Shown: piece by piece, positions 1-10,869 of the stretch | How the letters are laid out: every line of letters starts with the position of its first letter | Numbering within the stretch: position 1 is the stretch's first letter | Assembly (NCBI GenBank): GCA_041658585.1 | Contig: JBAZZX010000008.1 | Location: 15,365 to 79,364, forward strand | Source: Thermodesulfovibrionales bacterium | Lineage (GTDB): Bacteria > Nitrospirota > Thermodesulfovibrionia > Thermodesulfovibrionales > SM23-35 | DNA length: 64,000 bases | Direction of reading: 5' to 3' | Position numbers and translations under genes: made by a program | The notes under the pieces: generated by a model | What the model was told of the DNA's origin: nothing | The model's database searches: none | Seen by the model: the letters and a program-made list of their open reading frames with translations, nothing else

Positions 1-1207
1 TTGTTAATTCCTTGTACGGCACTGCCGGCACTTCAATATGTATATCGATCCTGTCAAGCAGGGGGCCTGAAACCCTGTGCCGGTAGCGGTGTATCTGGCT
101 GGGTGTGCAGGTGCACTGATGCCGGGGATCGCCCCAGAAACCGCAGGGGCATGGGTTCATGGCGGAAACGAGCATGAAAGAGGCGGGATACGTTATGGAT
201 GCTACCGCCCTTGAAATGGTCACCTCTCCGTTTTCAAGCGGCTGCCTCAATACTTCGAGCACATTCCTTTTGAATTCCGGCAGCTCATCAAGGAAAAGCA
301 CGCCGTTATGTGCGATGCTGACCTCTCCGGGTTTCGGTATCTGTCCGCCGCCTATCAGCGCAACATCCGATATGGTATGGTGCGGGGAGCGGAACGGTCT
401 GACCGCAAGTAGAGACTGCCTGTTTTTCAGCATACCGGCGACGCTGTGTATTTTTGTGGTTTCCAGAGCTTCGTCAAAAGTCATTCCGGGCAGGATCGAC
501 GGCAGTCTTTTTGCAAGCATTGTTTTGCCCGAGCCGGGCGGGCCGATCATAAGCACATTATGCCCTCCGGCAGCGGCAACTTCAAAAGCTCTCTTGGCGT
601 GTTCCTGGCCTTTGACCTCTATGAAATCCTCCTCATAGATCGAGTTCTCCATTATGGCCTTATTAATATCTACCTTGTAAGGTAGTCTTAGATTGCCGTT
701 TTTTAAAGACTCGATGACTTCGGGCAGGTTCTTAAAGCCGAATACCGGGATGCTTTGAACGACTGCCGCCTCGGGAGCATTTTCTTCAGGGAGGATCACG
801 CCTTTCAGGCCGAGTTCTCTGGCGGTCATTGCCATAGACAGAGCGCCCCGTATGGGTTTCAATTTCCCGTCGAGTGAAAGCTCTCCGGTGAAAAGGTACC
901 CTTCGACTGAGGCCGGATCAAAGACGCCTTCCGCTGCCGCAATCCCGATAGCTATAGGCAGGTCAAAACAGGAGCCTTCTTTCTTAAGGTCGGCCGGCGC
1001 AAGATTGACGGTGATCTGTTTCAGGGGAAAATGAAAACCGATATTTTTCAGGGCTGCCCTGACACGGTCTCTTGATTCCTTGACTGCCGTATCGGGCAGG
1101 CCGACCATCGAAAAATGCGGGAGACCTCTGGAGGTTATATCAACCTCCACCTCTACAGGGTGGGCGTCGATTCCGATGATACTTGCGCTCAGGACTATCG
1201 AAAGCAT
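1..1207 (-). CDS. comM: Mg-chelatase-like AAA+ ATPase, YifB/ComM family (partial; C-terminal end lies beyond the left window edge)
   Basis: Absent from the ORF track because no stop lies in the window. My minus-strand translation from the ATG at 1207 reads [23 protein letters not shown]... It has Walker [18 protein letters not shown] (rc of ~510-560) and ...[13 protein letters not shown] at the window edge. Plus-strand ORFs 159-638 and 446-685 are antisense shadows of this gene. Confidence 0.85.
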   Translation of the reverse strand, partial: MLSIVLSASIIGIDAHPVEVEVDITSRGLPHFSMVGLPDTAVKESRDRVRAALKNIGFHFPLKQITVNLAPADLKKEGSCFDLPIAIGIAAAEGVFDPASVEGYLFTGELSLDGKLKPIRGALSMAMTARELGLKGVILPEENAPEAAVVQSIPVFGFKNLPEVIESLKNGNLRLPYKVDINKAIMENSIYEEDFIEVKGQEHAKRAFEVAAAGGHNVLMIGPPGSGKTMLAKRLPSILPGMTFDEALETTKIHSVAGMLKNRQSLLAVRPFRSPHHTISDVALIGGGQIPKPGEVSIAHNGVLFLDELPEFKRNVLEVLRQPLENGEVTISRAVASITYPASFMLVSAMNPCPCGFWGDPRHQCTCTPSQIHRYRHRVSGPLLDRIDIHIEVPAVPYKELT

Positions 1208-1287
1208 ATGCTTAATTATATTTTTAACCGTACAGTAATTGCAATATGTTAAAATATAGATTGTGTATATTTATTAAAGGAGTATAA

Positions 1288-3696
1288 ATGGCAAGGGTAC
1301 CGATAAGCATAGAAGAGGAGATGAAGGGCTCATATCTCGATTATGCCATGAGCGTAATCATAGGAAGGGCTTTGCCCGAAGTCAGGGACGGCTTAAAGCC
1401 TGTCCAAAGGAGGATCCTCTATGCGATGTTCAGAGAGGGTCTTCTTCCGGGAAAGAAATATTCAAAATCCGCCGGTGTGGTCGGCGAGGTCTTAAAGAAA
1501 TATCATCCACATGGCGACACGGCAGTATATGACGCAATGGTCAGACTTGCACAGGACTTCAACATGCGTTACCCTTTGGTTGACGGTCAGGGCAACTACG
1601 GGTCCGTTGACGGCGACCCGGCCGCTGCCTACCGGTACACCGAGGCTAAGCTTGCAGCCTTTGCAGAGGAACTCCTTGCCGATATCGATAAAAATACCGT
1701 TGATTTCACGGCGAATTTCGATGAAACCACTGAAGAACCTCTGGTCCTGCCGTCAAGGATACCGAATTTAATCGTAAACGGGTCCACTGGAATTGCCGTT
1801 GGAATGGCCACCAATATACCGCCGCATAATCTCGGCGAGATTATCGACGCCCTTATTCTCTTGCTCGAAAATCCCGATGCAACCCTGAAAGACCTGCTCA
1901 CTTATGTTAAAGGACCTGATTTCCCGACAGGCGGGATCATTCATGGGACTGACGGCATCATGCATGCATACAACGAAGGAAGAGGCATTATAAAGATCAG
2001 GGCAAAGGCCAGGATAGAACGGGAATACAGAGGAGGAGAAAACATTATCGTTACCGAACTCCCCTATCAGGTCAATAAGGCGAGATTAATCGAGAAGATC
2101 GCTCAATTGGTAAGGGAAAAAACCATCGAAGGTTTATCTGAAATAAGAGATGAATCCGACAGGGACGGGATCAGGATCGTCCTTGAACTGAAGAGGGGAG
2201 AGATAGCCGAGGTTATTTTGAACAACCTTTTCAAACATACACAGATGGAATCCACCTTTGGGATAATCCTGCTTGCGCTCGTCAACAACCAGCCCAAGGT
2301 GCTTGCGTTAAAGAAACTGCTCGGTCATTTTCTTCAGCACAGGCGGGATGTTGTTCTGAGGAGGACACGGTTTGAACTGAAAAAGGCCGAGGAAAGGGCG
2401 CATATTTTAGAAGGACTGAAAATAGCCCTCGACCATCTTGATGCGATCATAGCATTGATCAGAAGTTCAAAGAACCCTGAAGAAGCCCGGATCGGACTGA
2501 TGCGGGATTATCCGTTGACCGAGATTCAGGCCCAGGCAATACTCGAGATGAGGCTCCAGAGACTGACCGGACTGGAGAGGGAAAAGATTGTAAAGGAATA
2601 TACGGATATTTTGAAAGAGATAGAGCGGCTAAAGGCCATTCTTGAGAGCGACGCCCTTGTAGTGCAGATTATAAAGGATGAACTTGTAGAGATCAGGAAC
2701 AAATATGCCGATGAGCGGAAGACGGAGATTTCTACGGATACAAAGGAACTGACCCTGGAAGATCTTATAACGGATGAGGAGATGGTGATAGCGCTCTCCC
2801 ATCAGGGGTATATCAAAAGGAACCCCCTCAGCGCTTACCGGAGCCAGCGCCGGGGCGGCAAAGGGCTTATCGGCATGGAAACAAAAGAAGAGGATTTTGT
2901 CAGCGAGCTCTTTATCGGCGCTACTCATGATTACATGCTCTTCTTTTCAAATATGGGACGCCTTTACTGGCTGAAGATATATCAATTGCCTGAAGCGGGC
3001 CGCGCTGCAAAAGGGAAAGCCCTCATAAATCTCCTTGCTTTGTCCGAAGGCGAAAAGATAACGACAGCCCTTCCCGTCCGCGATTTCAAGGACAGCTTCC
3101 TTATCATGGTCACCAAGAACGGCACGGTTAAAAAGACCGCCCTTGAGGAATACAGCAATCCGCGCGGGAAAGGTATTATTGCAATTACCCTTGATAAAGG
3201 CAATGAGCTGATCGCGGTACGAAAGACCGACGGTAAAAGCGATCTTATTATAGGGACCAAGAAGGGTCTCGCAATAAGGTTCAACGAAGAGGATGTCCGG
3301 GGCATGGGACGCACTGCAAAAGGGGTCAAGGGCATTAGACTTATGAAAGGCGACGAGGTTGTTTCTGCTGAAGTTGCCGCTGACAGGACCGCGATCCTGA
3401 CAGTTACTGAAAAGGGGTTCGGCAAGCGTTCAATGGTAGAAGAACACCCCGTGCAAAGCAGGGGCGGCAAAGGGGTCATCGCAATCAAACTTACTGAAAA
3501 AGGCGGCAAGGCCGTCGGTCTCATGCAGGTAAGGGATGAAGACGAGGTCGTTATGATAACAAGTTCCGGGAAGCTCATCAGGACCCTTGCAGGCAACATC
3601 TCTCTCCTTGGAAGAAACACCCAGGGTGTGAAGCTCATGGACGTTGAAGGAGATGACAAGATCGTCAGCATCGGCAGGGTGGCTGAAAAGGATTAA
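1288..3696 (+). CDS. gyrA: DNA gyrase subunit A
   Basis: 802-aa ORF with GyrA hallmarks: [26 protein letters not shown], the catalytic Tyr region [11 protein letters not shown], and a C-terminal repeated beta-pinwheel region. AGGAG lies upstream of the ATG. Confidence 0.97.
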   Translation: MARVPISIEEEMKGSYLDYAMSVIIGRALPEVRDGLKPVQRRILYAMFREGLLPGKKYSKSAGVVGEVLKKYHPHGDTAVYDAMVRLAQDFNMRYPLVDGQGNYGSVDGDPAAAYRYTEAKLAAFAEELLADIDKNTVDFTANFDETTEEPLVLPSRIPNLIVNGSTGIAVGMATNIPPHNLGEIIDALILLLENPDATLKDLLTYVKGPDFPTGGIIHGTDGIMHAYNEGRGIIKIRAKARIEREYRGGENIIVTELPYQVNKARLIEKIAQLVREKTIEGLSEIRDESDRDGIRIVLELKRGEIAEVILNNLFKHTQMESTFGIILLALVNNQPKVLALKKLLGHFLQHRRDVVLRRTRFELKKAEERAHILEGLKIALDHLDAIIALIRSSKNPEEARIGLMRDYPLTEIQAQAILEMRLQRLTGLEREKIVKEYTDILKEIERLKAILESDALVVQIIKDELVEIRNKYADERKTEISTDTKELTLEDLITDEEMVIALSHQGYIKRNPLSAYRSQRRGGKGLIGMETKEEDFVSELFIGATHDYMLFFSNMGRLYWLKIYQLPEAGRAAKGKALINLLALSEGEKITTALPVRDFKDSFLIMVTKNGTVKKTALEEYSNPRGKGIIAITLDKGNELIAVRKTDGKSDLIIGTKKGLAIRFNEEDVRGMGRTAKGVKGIRLMKGDEVVSAEVAADRTAILTVTEKGFGKRSMVEEHPVQSRGGKGVIAIKLTEKGGKAVGLMQVRDEDEVVMITSSGKLIRTLAGNISLLGRNTQGVKLMDVEGDDKIVSIGRVAEKD

Positions 3697-3704
3697 TCCG
3701 TAAA

Positions 3705-4370
3705 CTATTTCTCCTCGCCGAGCTCCGTATGCCGGATCATCTTCCCCTTGCACATGTAAATAATCATCTCGCAGATATTCGTTGCGTGGTCTGCAATCCG
3801 CTCAAGATACTTTGCGATATACGTTCTCTTTACCGCTAAAGGAATATTTTTAGGGTCCTGAATCATGAATGACAGAAGCTCCTCAAAGTTTCTTACTGTG
3901 AGGTCATCCACTTCATCATCCCGTTTAATCACTTCGTAGGGCAGCCTTGAACAGCCTGTGACAAAAGAGTCAAGGGAATCCCGCACCATTGATTGGGAGA
4001 TCTCTGCCATCCTCGGTATGTTCACAAAAGGTTTCAACTGCGGTTCTTCATTCAGTTCTATCGTCCTTTCGGCAATGTTGACTGCGAGATCACCCATCCT
4101 CTCAAGGTCTGTCGTTATTTTCATGGCAGTAGTGATTAACCGCAAGTCGCTTGCCATCGGCTGTCTCAGGGCGATGAGTCTCACACATTCTTCATCTATC
4201 CTTACATCGAGCGCATTAACAAGATGGTCCCTTTGGATGACTTCCTTTGCAAGCTCGCTGTCCCTTTCTACAAGGGCTTTCACGGAATCGCGTATGGCGT
4301 TCTCGACCATACAGCCAAGCTTTAATATATTTTGCCTTAATTCCTTCAGCTCATTGTCAAAGATAGCCAT
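3705..4370 (-). CDS. phoU: phosphate signalling/transport accessory protein PhoU
   Basis: 221 aa, two PhoU-type helical repeats (…DLERMGDLAVNIAE…, …YLERIADHATNICE…). It is the last gene of the pstSCAB-phoU order, and its start abuts the pstB stop. Confidence 0.9.
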   Translation of the reverse strand: MAIFDNELKELRQNILKLGCMVENAIRDSVKALVERDSELAKEVIQRDHLVNALDVRIDEECVRLIALRQPMASDLRLITTAMKITTDLERMGDLAVNIAERTIELNEEPQLKPFVNIPRMAEISQSMVRDSLDSFVTGCSRLPYEVIKRDDEVDDLTVRNFEELLSFMIQDPKNIPLAVKRTYIAKYLERIADHATNICEMIIYMCKGKMIRHTELGEEK

Positions 4371-5131
4371 TATCCGAATCTCCCTGTTATATATTCTTCA
4401 GTCAATTTATTAGCCGGATTCACAAAGATAGTATTTGTGTCTCCAAATTCAACCAGCTCCCCTATATACATGAATGCAGTATAATTCGATATTCTCGCCG
4501 CCTGCTGCATGTTATGGGTCACTATTACTATGGTAACAGTTTTCTCCAGTTCCTGAAGCAGGTTTTCTATATGCCCCGTTGATATGGGGTCCAGCGCCGA
4601 GGTAGGCTCGTCAAAGAGAATTACTTCCGGCTCCTGTGCAAGCGACCTTGCAATGCAGAGCCTCTGCATCTGTCCTCCGGAAAGGCCGAGTCCGGGCTCA
4701 TTGAGTTTGTCCTTTACCTCTTTCCATAGATCGGCTTTTACAAGTGCATTTTCTACAATCTCATCGAGCAGGCTCTTCTTTTTTATCCCCCGCAGCCTGG
4801 GTCCGAATGCAACATTTTCATAGACGGAACTCGGGAAAGGGTTCGGTTTCTGAAAGACCATGCCTACCCTGCGTCTTAATTCGATAACATCCGTGTCCTT
4901 ATCGTATATATTTACACCCTGAAAGAGAGCCCGGCCTTCTACCCTCGAAGACGGAATAAGGTCGTTCATCCTGTTCAGGGCCCTCAGGAGCGTTGATTTT
5001 CCGCAGCCGGAAGGACCAATGATTGCGGTAATCCTGTTGATCTCGATGTCGAGCGCTATATTCTTCACCGCTATAAAATCGCCATAATAAATATTAAAGT
5101 CTTTTATCTCGAATATGTTTTTATCTACCAC
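4370..5131 (-). CDS. pstB: phosphate ABC transporter ATP-binding protein PstB
   Basis: Walker [13 protein letters not shown] signature LSGGQMQR, Walker [12 protein letters not shown]. Sits between pstA and phoU. Confidence 0.95.
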   Translation of the reverse strand: MVDKNIFEIKDFNIYYGDFIAVKNIALDIEINRITAIIGPSGCGKSTLLRALNRMNDLIPSSRVEGRALFQGVNIYDKDTDVIELRRRVGMVFQKPNPFPSSVYENVAFGPRLRGIKKKSLLDEIVENALVKADLWKEVKDKLNEPGLGLSGGQMQRLCIARSLAQEPEVILFDEPTSALDPISTGHIENLLQELEKTVTIVIVTHNMQQAARISNYTAFMYIGELVEFGDTNTIFVNPANKLTEEYITGRFG

Positions 5132-6024
5132 GATCGTTTCTTTCTTTGCCTTGAACGTAAAATGATCCCTAAAAGGTTCATGCTGAATACCAATAAAATT
5201 AATACAAGAGCTGTCCCATATTGTATGGGTCTTGTTTCCTCTATATGAGTGCCGGCTGTTGCCAGAACATAAATATGATATGGCAAAGCCATAACAGGCT
5301 CAAATAACGATTTTGGTATCCCGGGGGTAAAGAATGCGGCAGCGGTAAACATAATGGGAGCCGTCTCTCCCGATACCTTTGCAGTCCCAAGAATTGCACC
5401 GGTCAGGATTCCCGGCATGGCAGTCGGCAGAACTACCTTTCTGATAGTTTGCCATTTCGTTGCGCCACACGCAAGGGATGCCTCTCTGAAGCTGAACGGG
5501 ACAGCTTTTAACGCTTCTTCCGATGTCGAAATGATATAGGGCAGAACCATTATAGCAAGTGTCAGGGAACCTGCAAGCAGACTCATACCAAAGTTAAGCG
5601 CAACCACAAAGATACCGAGGCCAAAGAGCCCGAATACGACAGAGGGCACACCGGCAAGGGTATACATGGACATCATGACTGCCGTAAGCATAAACCCCGG
5701 TTTTGAATATTCGGCCAGGAAGATTGCGGTTGTTACCCCGATGGGGATAACAAAGATCATGCATAACATGGTCAGCAGGACTGTGCCCATAATAACCGGG
5801 AAAATGCCTCCCTGAGTCATGGCTTCCAGCGGAGGCTGTGTTATAAAATCCCAGCTTAGAACCTGCAGTCCATAATAAGCGACAAAAAATAATATGATGA
5901 AAAGTGTTATTGCTCCCGTAAAACCGAAGGTCCTCATCAGGGACAGGAAAAAACCCTGTTTGAGATTAAACTTTTTCCTGCGGACAAGCCCGAAAGGTTT
6001 ATGGATTTTTTCCATTCCCGGCAT
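5125..6024 (-). CDS. pstA: phosphate ABC transporter permease PstA
   Basis: 299-aa multi-TM permease with the binding-protein-dependent transport loop (…[20 protein letters not shown]…). Overlaps pstB and abuts pstC. Confidence 0.9.
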   Translation of the reverse strand: MPGMEKIHKPFGLVRRKKFNLKQGFFLSLMRTFGFTGAITLFIILFFVAYYGLQVLSWDFITQPPLEAMTQGGIFPVIMGTVLLTMLCMIFVIPIGVTTAIFLAEYSKPGFMLTAVMMSMYTLAGVPSVVFGLFGLGIFVVALNFGMSLLAGSLTLAIMVLPYIISTSEEALKAVPFSFREASLACGATKWQTIRKVVLPTAMPGILTGAILGTAKVSGETAPIMFTAAAFFTPGIPKSLFEPVMALPYHIYVLATAGTHIEETRPIQYGTALVLILLVFSMNLLGIILRSRQRKKRSW

Positions 6025-7031
6025 TATACCTTTTCTCCTATTCTCACCGAACGGTATTTCTTTGATACGAAGTTCGAGATGAAACTCAAGATAAAGGTGA
6101 TGAAAAACAGGATCGCGCCGACGCCGAACAGCGCATGGTAATGGAGGCTGCGGTAAGGCGCTTCAGCCATCTCCGCCGCAATAGCAGCAGGCATCGGTCT
6201 GGCGGCGTCAAATATCCAGTGGGGAACAACGGCTGCGCCTCCTGCAACCATCAGGACAATCATGGTCTCGCCGATGATCGTTCCGATGCCGAGGATTACG
6301 GCAATGCTTAACCCTGAAACGGAAGAAGGGATGACCACTTTCCATATAGTCTCCCACTTGTCTGCGCCAAGCGAGTATGAAGCCTCCCGGTATGTGCGCG
6401 GGACCGCAGTCAGCGCGTCCTCTGCGATACTCGCTATAACAGGTATTGCCCTTACCGTAAGCATTAAGGCAGCAGTGGTAATATTCAGTCCCGATGCTAT
6501 GAATAATTTGTCATAACAAAAATCCGCCAGGGTGGTTGAGATAAAAGGGATATGGGTACTTTGCAGCAGTTCCGGAAGCTTTTCCGAAAGCATCGGTGAA
6601 AGCCGGTTAGAGAGTATAGGCGCTATTATGACCATGCCGAAAAAGCCGAGGACGACAGAGGGAAAGCTTGCGAGCATTTCTATCATCGGCTTCAAAAACT
6701 CCTTGACTCTGTGGTTAGCAACCTCTGCTATGTAAACTGCTGTTCCAAGACCTAAAGGGATAGCCATAAGAGCAGTAAGGATTGTAACAGCAAGCGTGCC
6801 CATAATAAGCGGCCACATACCGAAACTCGGAGGGTCATAGGTAGGGTACCAAGCCATTCCAAAGATGACCTTTGAAACCCCGGCTTTATAAAAAATATAA
6901 AACGCTTCTTTAAAGAGAAAAAAGGCAATAAAAAGGAGGACAAGAACCGAGAGCAGTCCTACAGAACTTACTGCAATTTCAACAAACTTCTCTTTTGTCT
7001 GCCATTTCATAATTGTAATAAAAAGGTTCAA
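6024..7031 (-). CDS. pstC: phosphate ABC transporter permease PstC
   Basis: 335-aa multi-TM permease (…EASYSLGADKWETIWKVVIP…), positioned between pstS and pstA. Confidence 0.9.
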   Translation of the reverse strand: MNLFITIMKWQTKEKFVEIAVSSVGLLSVLVLLFIAFFLFKEAFYIFYKAGVSKVIFGMAWYPTYDPPSFGMWPLIMGTLAVTILTALMAIPLGLGTAVYIAEVANHRVKEFLKPMIEMLASFPSVVLGFFGMVIIAPILSNRLSPMLSEKLPELLQSTHIPFISTTLADFCYDKLFIASGLNITTAALMLTVRAIPVIASIAEDALTAVPRTYREASYSLGADKWETIWKVVIPSSVSGLSIAVILGIGTIIGETMIVLMVAGGAAVVPHWIFDAARPMPAAIAAEMAEAPYRSLHYHALFGVGAILFFITFILSFISNFVSKKYRSVRIGEKV

Positions 7032-7095
7032 GGATTAGAGGGTCCAAGGGGCCAAGTCAAGAAAAGCCGGGAACCATCGAACCCAATCCCAATCT

Positions 7096-7908
7096 TTATT
7101 TTATACTCACATACTTTACTTCATTAACAATCTTCTGCCCGTCTTTAGAAAGCATGAAGTCAATGAATTTCGCTATAACGCCGGCAGGCTTTCCATTTGT
7201 GTACATAAACAGGGGTCTTGCAATAGGCCATGAACCGTCGCGCACCGTATTTGCAGAAGCTGATTTGCCGTTTACCGTAAGCGCTTTTACGCTTCTATCA
7301 ATATACCCGATGCCGATATACCCGATCGCAAATCTATTTTGTGAAACGGTCTGGACAGCCTGACCGTTTGAGGCAACGAGCAGTGCATCAGGTTTTACCT
7401 TGTCGCCCTTAAGGATCTTTTCTTCCCAGACCTCATAGGTGCCCGAGCTTGTATCTCTGGAAACCGTAGAGATAGGTCTGTTCGGACCGCCGAGATCTTT
7501 CCAGTTGTTGATCTTCCCGTTATAAATATCCCTGAGCTGTTCCGTGGTGATATCTTTGATCTTCATTGAGGGGTGTACAACCGGAACAATCCCGTCAAGG
7601 GCAACCTTATGGCCGGTGAGCGTAACCCCTTTCCCCTTTGCAGAGGCTACCTCTTTATCCTTTGCCTCACGGGAACTTGTTGCAATATTTGTCGTGCCGT
7701 CGATCAATGCCTTGATGCCGGTTCCCGAACCGCTTCCTGATACGAATACTTTTGCGGCGGGATTCTTTTTCATAAAGACCTCGGCGCCCTTCTGTGCAAT
7801 CGGCAGGACCGTTGTCGAACCGTCAATCCGAAGGTCCTCTGCATATGAGACCCCCATAATTGAACAGACAAATAAGACCGATAAAAATACCGTCATAATC
7901 TTTTTCAT
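7096..7908 (-). CDS. pstS: periplasmic phosphate-binding protein PstS
   Basis: Signal peptide MKKIMTVFLSVLFVCSIMGVSYA and a PBP fold with SGSGSGTG and SRDTSSGT phosphate-binding motifs. GGAGG RBS upstream; first gene of the pst operon. Confidence 0.9.
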   Translation of the reverse strand: MKKIMTVFLSVLFVCSIMGVSYAEDLRIDGSTTVLPIAQKGAEVFMKKNPAAKVFVSGSGSGTGIKALIDGTTNIATSSREAKDKEVASAKGKGVTLTGHKVALDGIVPVVHPSMKIKDITTEQLRDIYNGKINNWKDLGGPNRPISTVSRDTSSGTYEVWEEKILKGDKVKPDALLVASNGQAVQTVSQNRFAIGYIGIGYIDRSVKALTVNGKSASANTVRDGSWPIARPLFMYTNGKPAGVIAKFIDFMLSKDGQKIVNEVKYVSIK

Positions 7909-7926
7909 TACTTACCTCCCTTGGTT

Positions 7927-7985
7927 TTACAATACTACCGGATTATTACAATAATGTTACATTTCCGTTAAATTTATGTTACATA
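7927..7985 (-). promoter_or_regulatory. candidate PhoB-box array upstream of pstS
   Basis: On the plus strand, TTACA/TTACA/TTAAA/TTACA start at 7946, 7957, 7968 and 7979, exactly 11 bp apart. One more TTACA starts at 7927. The sense-strand reading is TGTAACA-N4-TTTAACG-N4-TGTAACA, i.e. 7-bp direct repeats with 4-bp spacers, the architecture known for Pho boxes. Confidence 0.6.
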
Positions 7986-8061
7986 CACCACCTCCCCGAC
8001 AAATATAAGAATCAAAATAAGGATAACAACAATCACTTCGCTATAATATAACCTTGTTTTG

Positions 8062-8090
8062 TTACAGGGATATTAAGCGAATGTTACAAT
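8062..8090 (-). promoter_or_regulatory. second candidate Pho box (TTACA / TTAAG / TTACA in 11-bp phase)
   Basis: GTTACAGGGATATTAAGCGAATGTTACAAT, with repeats starting at 8062, 8073 and 8084. Near-identical composite motifs recur at 10984-11010 and 13051-13088. Confidence 0.45.
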
Positions 8091-8275
8091 TAGCAGTGTG
8101 CTGTTGAAACCATACGGTCAATCTCTTCCGAATTTGTTCTGAGGGCATAAAACGGACATTTTTTGTGGCTCTTTCTTTTGCAGTATTCATACACCTGGAA
8201 ATCACTCGGGTAATAAAGCTTCTCCTGCGCCTTGCAGGCACATGTCAGCCATTTTATAAGATGCGGGCATTTCAT
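8090..8275 (-). CDS. small Cys-rich hypothetical protein (61 aa)
   Basis: ORF preceded by a strong AGGAGG RBS (rc of 8279-8290) and containing six Cys residues. No family recognised. Confidence 0.45.
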   Translation of the reverse strand: MKCPHLIKWLTCACKAQEKLYYPSDFQVYEYCKRKSHKKCPFYALRTNSEEIDRMVSTAHC

Positions 8276-8483
8276 CTCTCCTCCTTTGTGTAATATTCCT
8301 TTTATTAAAGCATTCGATTTTTACAGGAGTATGAAAGTAATGTTAATTCCTGATTAATTTTTTATATAAAGAAAAATTATGAAAGAGTTACTGGACATTT
8401 TGACTTAAAGAATGTTTGTATAAAAAAGATGAATCATTTCAGATAATTCATGAACTAAGAGTCATTCCTACAGGAGGTAATGT

Positions 8484-8903
8484 GTGTTGAAAGTCATGTT
8501 TTTATGCACCGGTAATTCATGCCGTTCACAGATGGCTGAAGGCTTTGCGCGGGAACTCGGCAAAGGTTTTATTGCGGCCTATAGCGCCGGGCTTAGTCCG
8601 CAGGGAGTTAATCCCAAAGCCGTAGCCGTAATGAAAGAGATCGGGATTGATATCTCTCAACAGCAATCTAAAGCTATTGACCCCGAACTGCTTGAAAAAA
8701 TGGATACGGTTATTACGCTCTGCGATAACGCTTCGGAATCCTGCCCGTGGACGCCACCTGCAATAAAACGCATTCACTGGTCGTTAAAAGACCCGGCTCA
8801 TGCAATGGGATCGGAAGAAGAAGTCTTGAACGAGTTCCGGAGGGTCAGGGATGAGATAAAAGAAAAAATAGTCAATTTTCTAAAGGAAATATCCAATAGC
8901 TGA
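8484..8903 (+). CDS. arsC: arsenate reductase, LMW-PTPase (thioredoxin-coupled) type
   Basis: N-terminal CX5R P-loop (VMFLCTGNSCRSQMAEG) plus downstream Cys residues (…ITLCDNASESCPW…). GTG start 5 nt after AGGAGG. Confidence 0.85.
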   Translation: MLKVMFLCTGNSCRSQMAEGFARELGKGFIAAYSAGLSPQGVNPKAVAVMKEIGIDISQQQSKAIDPELLEKMDTVITLCDNASESCPWTPPAIKRIHWSLKDPAHAMGSEEEVLNEFRRVRDEIKEKIVNFLKEISNS

Positions 8904-9107
8904 TAGCTTAGCCGCACACATTACATCTATGGACGATATAATCAGGAATTGTTAACGTGCGCCCTAATCAAAACGTTCGTATCAAATACGACAATTATGA
9001 TATCGCTTTGAACACATCTTCTTCACTGACGATTCCAAGCTTCTTTGCCTTTGGGCCGAGTTCTGCAATTCAGAAACAACGTCACTTAACATTACAAAAA
9101 TAATGAG

Positions 9108-10427
9108 TTAATGTCCCATATGCATCATATTGTTTTCGGTCATTTTTTTCGTTGAGGCAGGACTGAACCGTAAATAGCCTTCAATGGAGAATGGGAGTTC
9201 CCCGTATATTCTTCTGAGATCACGCTCAACAGGAGAGACCGTGCAAAGCGCTCCGATTGATATTGATATGTTATGACTGCTGAAAATGGTCCGGGCCGTT
9301 CCGAGGGTAAAAGCACTGATTGAAAAAAGATCGCGTGCCTTTTCCTCTTCAAGTCCTAATTCTTCACCGGATTTTTTTATAAATTCCATCCTTGTGAATA
9401 ATGCATTTTCCCCGAATTGATAATCCGCCTCTGCCAGAAATGAATTTTGTGCTTTGCCGTGATCCGGTTTGTTCATTCCCCAAACCAGTGATGTTGAAAG
9501 CGTGCTGTCAGAGGAAACAGGATAGTTCCAGATAAGAGATGCGGTTGTACGGTGAATGCTCACCCCCGGCTCAAGGACTTCAGGTTCTTTGATATACCCG
9601 TGAGAAAACTGCAGGCAGGTATTGTTTGAGGGATTCATAGAAAGCCTTATGCTCCCGGAATCGAATCTCGGTTCATCAATGTCATACCTTTTTTCATCCG
9701 GTTCCCTTCCATTGAAGAGGGAGGTATCGATCTTAAACTGTTTGTAAAAATAACCTGCCGTTATTACGCCGAATGTTACATGGGATGAATCCTGCCAGTG
9801 ATGGCCGAGAGGCGCATCCGGATTATTCTGTGCCGATGGCCTGTGCAGGTATGTGGGCGGGCCGAGAGCGGGCTCTCCGGGAAGACCGAAGTAGAGGAAG
9901 AGACCGGAATTCCTTCCTGTTGCAAGACCATATGAAACAGATAACTCGCCAAAAAGATCATGGGGGTGCTGCCGGTCGATAAGCCTCCTGCCATGCCAGG
10001 TTTCACCGCTCTGGAAGAGAAGAGGATATCCTTTCCCCCCTTCAGTCAGCAGATCGAGTGATAGCATACTTCTCAGCATGAGCGCTGAATTATCACCAAG
10101 TTGGCGCTTTCCCATGATCATAAACCAGTTTGGCGCGTCAAATTTCTCATTTCCCCTTGTGCCGTCACTCCCTGCGTCCTGGTTGGTATATCGGAGATAG
10201 ACATTCCAGTGCAACATGAAATCCCATGATCCGGATTTGAAATGATGCCCATGCAGGGATGATGAATCCGGAAGCCAGCTTGTTCCGGAGCCCTCCCGCT
10301 GCATAGGCTGTCCCTGAAAGAGTGCGCTCTGCATGTCCATCTGTGTTTCTGCGCGGCTATCCATAGGAAAAACGAGGATTATACATACCATGAAGCAAAC
10401 ACTGATAATAATTCTGAATGAATTCAT
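9108..10427 (-). CDS. secreted, probably outer-membrane protein of unknown function (439 aa) with a Met/His-rich C-terminal tail
   Basis: Signal peptide MNSFRIIISVCFMVCIILVFPMDSRAE and a GGAGG RBS. The body is rich in aromatic/Gly beta-strand-like segments, and the tail reads …KKMTENNMMHMGH. No named family recognised. Confidence 0.7.
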   Translation of the reverse strand: MNSFRIIISVCFMVCIILVFPMDSRAETQMDMQSALFQGQPMQREGSGTSWLPDSSSLHGHHFKSGSWDFMLHWNVYLRYTNQDAGSDGTRGNEKFDAPNWFMIMGKRQLGDNSALMLRSMLSLDLLTEGGKGYPLLFQSGETWHGRRLIDRQHPHDLFGELSVSYGLATGRNSGLFLYFGLPGEPALGPPTYLHRPSAQNNPDAPLGHHWQDSSHVTFGVITAGYFYKQFKIDTSLFNGREPDEKRYDIDEPRFDSGSIRLSMNPSNNTCLQFSHGYIKEPEVLEPGVSIHRTTASLIWNYPVSSDSTLSTSLVWGMNKPDHGKAQNSFLAEADYQFGENALFTRMEFIKKSGEELGLEEEKARDLFSISAFTLGTARTIFSSHNISISIGALCTVSPVERDLRRIYGELPFSIEGYLRFSPASTKKMTENNMMHMGH

Positions 10428-10746
10428 CTTTCATCCCTCCATTCTTATGAATAATTATTGCACAAGACAGCCCAACAGTAAATTACAGGAATACAAACAA
10501 CCTGTGACCTGGGCAGAAACCGGTGAAATCCTTATTATCTTTGGGGATGTTTGGTTCACCGCGCAAGTGCGCAGAACCAGCATATGATGAAAAATGATGA
10601 ATACCATTTGCAACATGTATTCGAAAGTTTTGCAATCCATTACATTTTATAATTCAACTAATTCATCACCGTCCCTTATTGTCTGGTCACGCGATCGCGC
10701 ATAACAAGGTCATGGGCAACATGATCGTTTTTTGTGGTCAGGCCCT

Positions 10747-10773
10747 AAAATGTCAATAGGCAAGTCTGACCCC
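10747..10773 (-). repeat. dispersed 26-bp motif, copy 1 (GGGGTCAGACTTGCCTATTGACATTTT on the minus strand)
   Basis: Matches 62703-62728 (GGGGTCAGGCTTGCCTATTGATATTT) and, more loosely, 44406-44431 and 47309-47331. Confidence 0.6.
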
Positions 10774-10787
10774 ATGTCCTCATGCCT

Positions 10788-10851
10788 ATGAGACCCCCAT
10801 AATTGAACAGACAAATAAGGCCGATAAAAATACCGTCATAATCTTTTTCGT
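10788..10851 (-). pseudogene. duplicated 5' fragment of pstS (signal-peptide region) with its start codon destroyed
   Basis: Near-identical to 7845-7908, matching from TATGAGACCCCCATAATTGAACAGACAAATAAG onward. The position equivalent to the ATG (CAT on plus) reads CGT here. Confidence 0.75.
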
Positions 10852-10869
10852 TACTAACCTCCTTTGGTT

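Noticed and set aside
159-1034. Plus-strand ORFs 159-638, 446-685 and 852-1034 from the track
   Set aside because: They lie antisense to a clearly recognisable YifB/ComM gene (Walker A and conserved blocks read on the minus strand). Their sequences are low-complexity Ser/Pro/Ala-rich shadows.
2982-3671. Long antisense ORFs inside gyrA (2982-3671) and, likewise, inside the S1 gene (48159-48953), pyrB (50189-50791), carB (54240-55248, 56259-56991), pstS (7544-7954) and phoR/phoB
   Set aside because: Each is fully embedded in a strongly supported gene on the other strand. All have shadow-ORF composition (Ser/Pro/Leu-rich) and lack an RBS. They are not reported as genes.
7035-7095. Quasi-repetitive pstC-pstS spacer (…GGTCCAAGGGGCCAAGTCAAG…GAACCATCGAACCCAATCCCAATC…)
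   Set aside because: The repeat spacing is irregular (5-9 nt). I could not convincingly phase it as heptamers, so it is left out of the heptamer set.
8930-9075. Possible remnant of a vapBC-type toxin-antitoxin pair on the minus strand (…IAELGPKAKKLGIVSEEDVFKAIS* followed in another frame by …IIIVVFDTNVLIRAHVNNS*)
   Set aside because: Only about 20 codons of a PIN-like N-terminus (VVFDTNVLI) remain, with no start codon and an early stop. That is too short to call even as a pseudogene with confidence.
10691-10698. GCGATCGC (cyanobacterial HIP1-like palindrome)
   Set aside because: I noticed only one occurrence in 64 kb, so it is not a highly iterated palindrome here.
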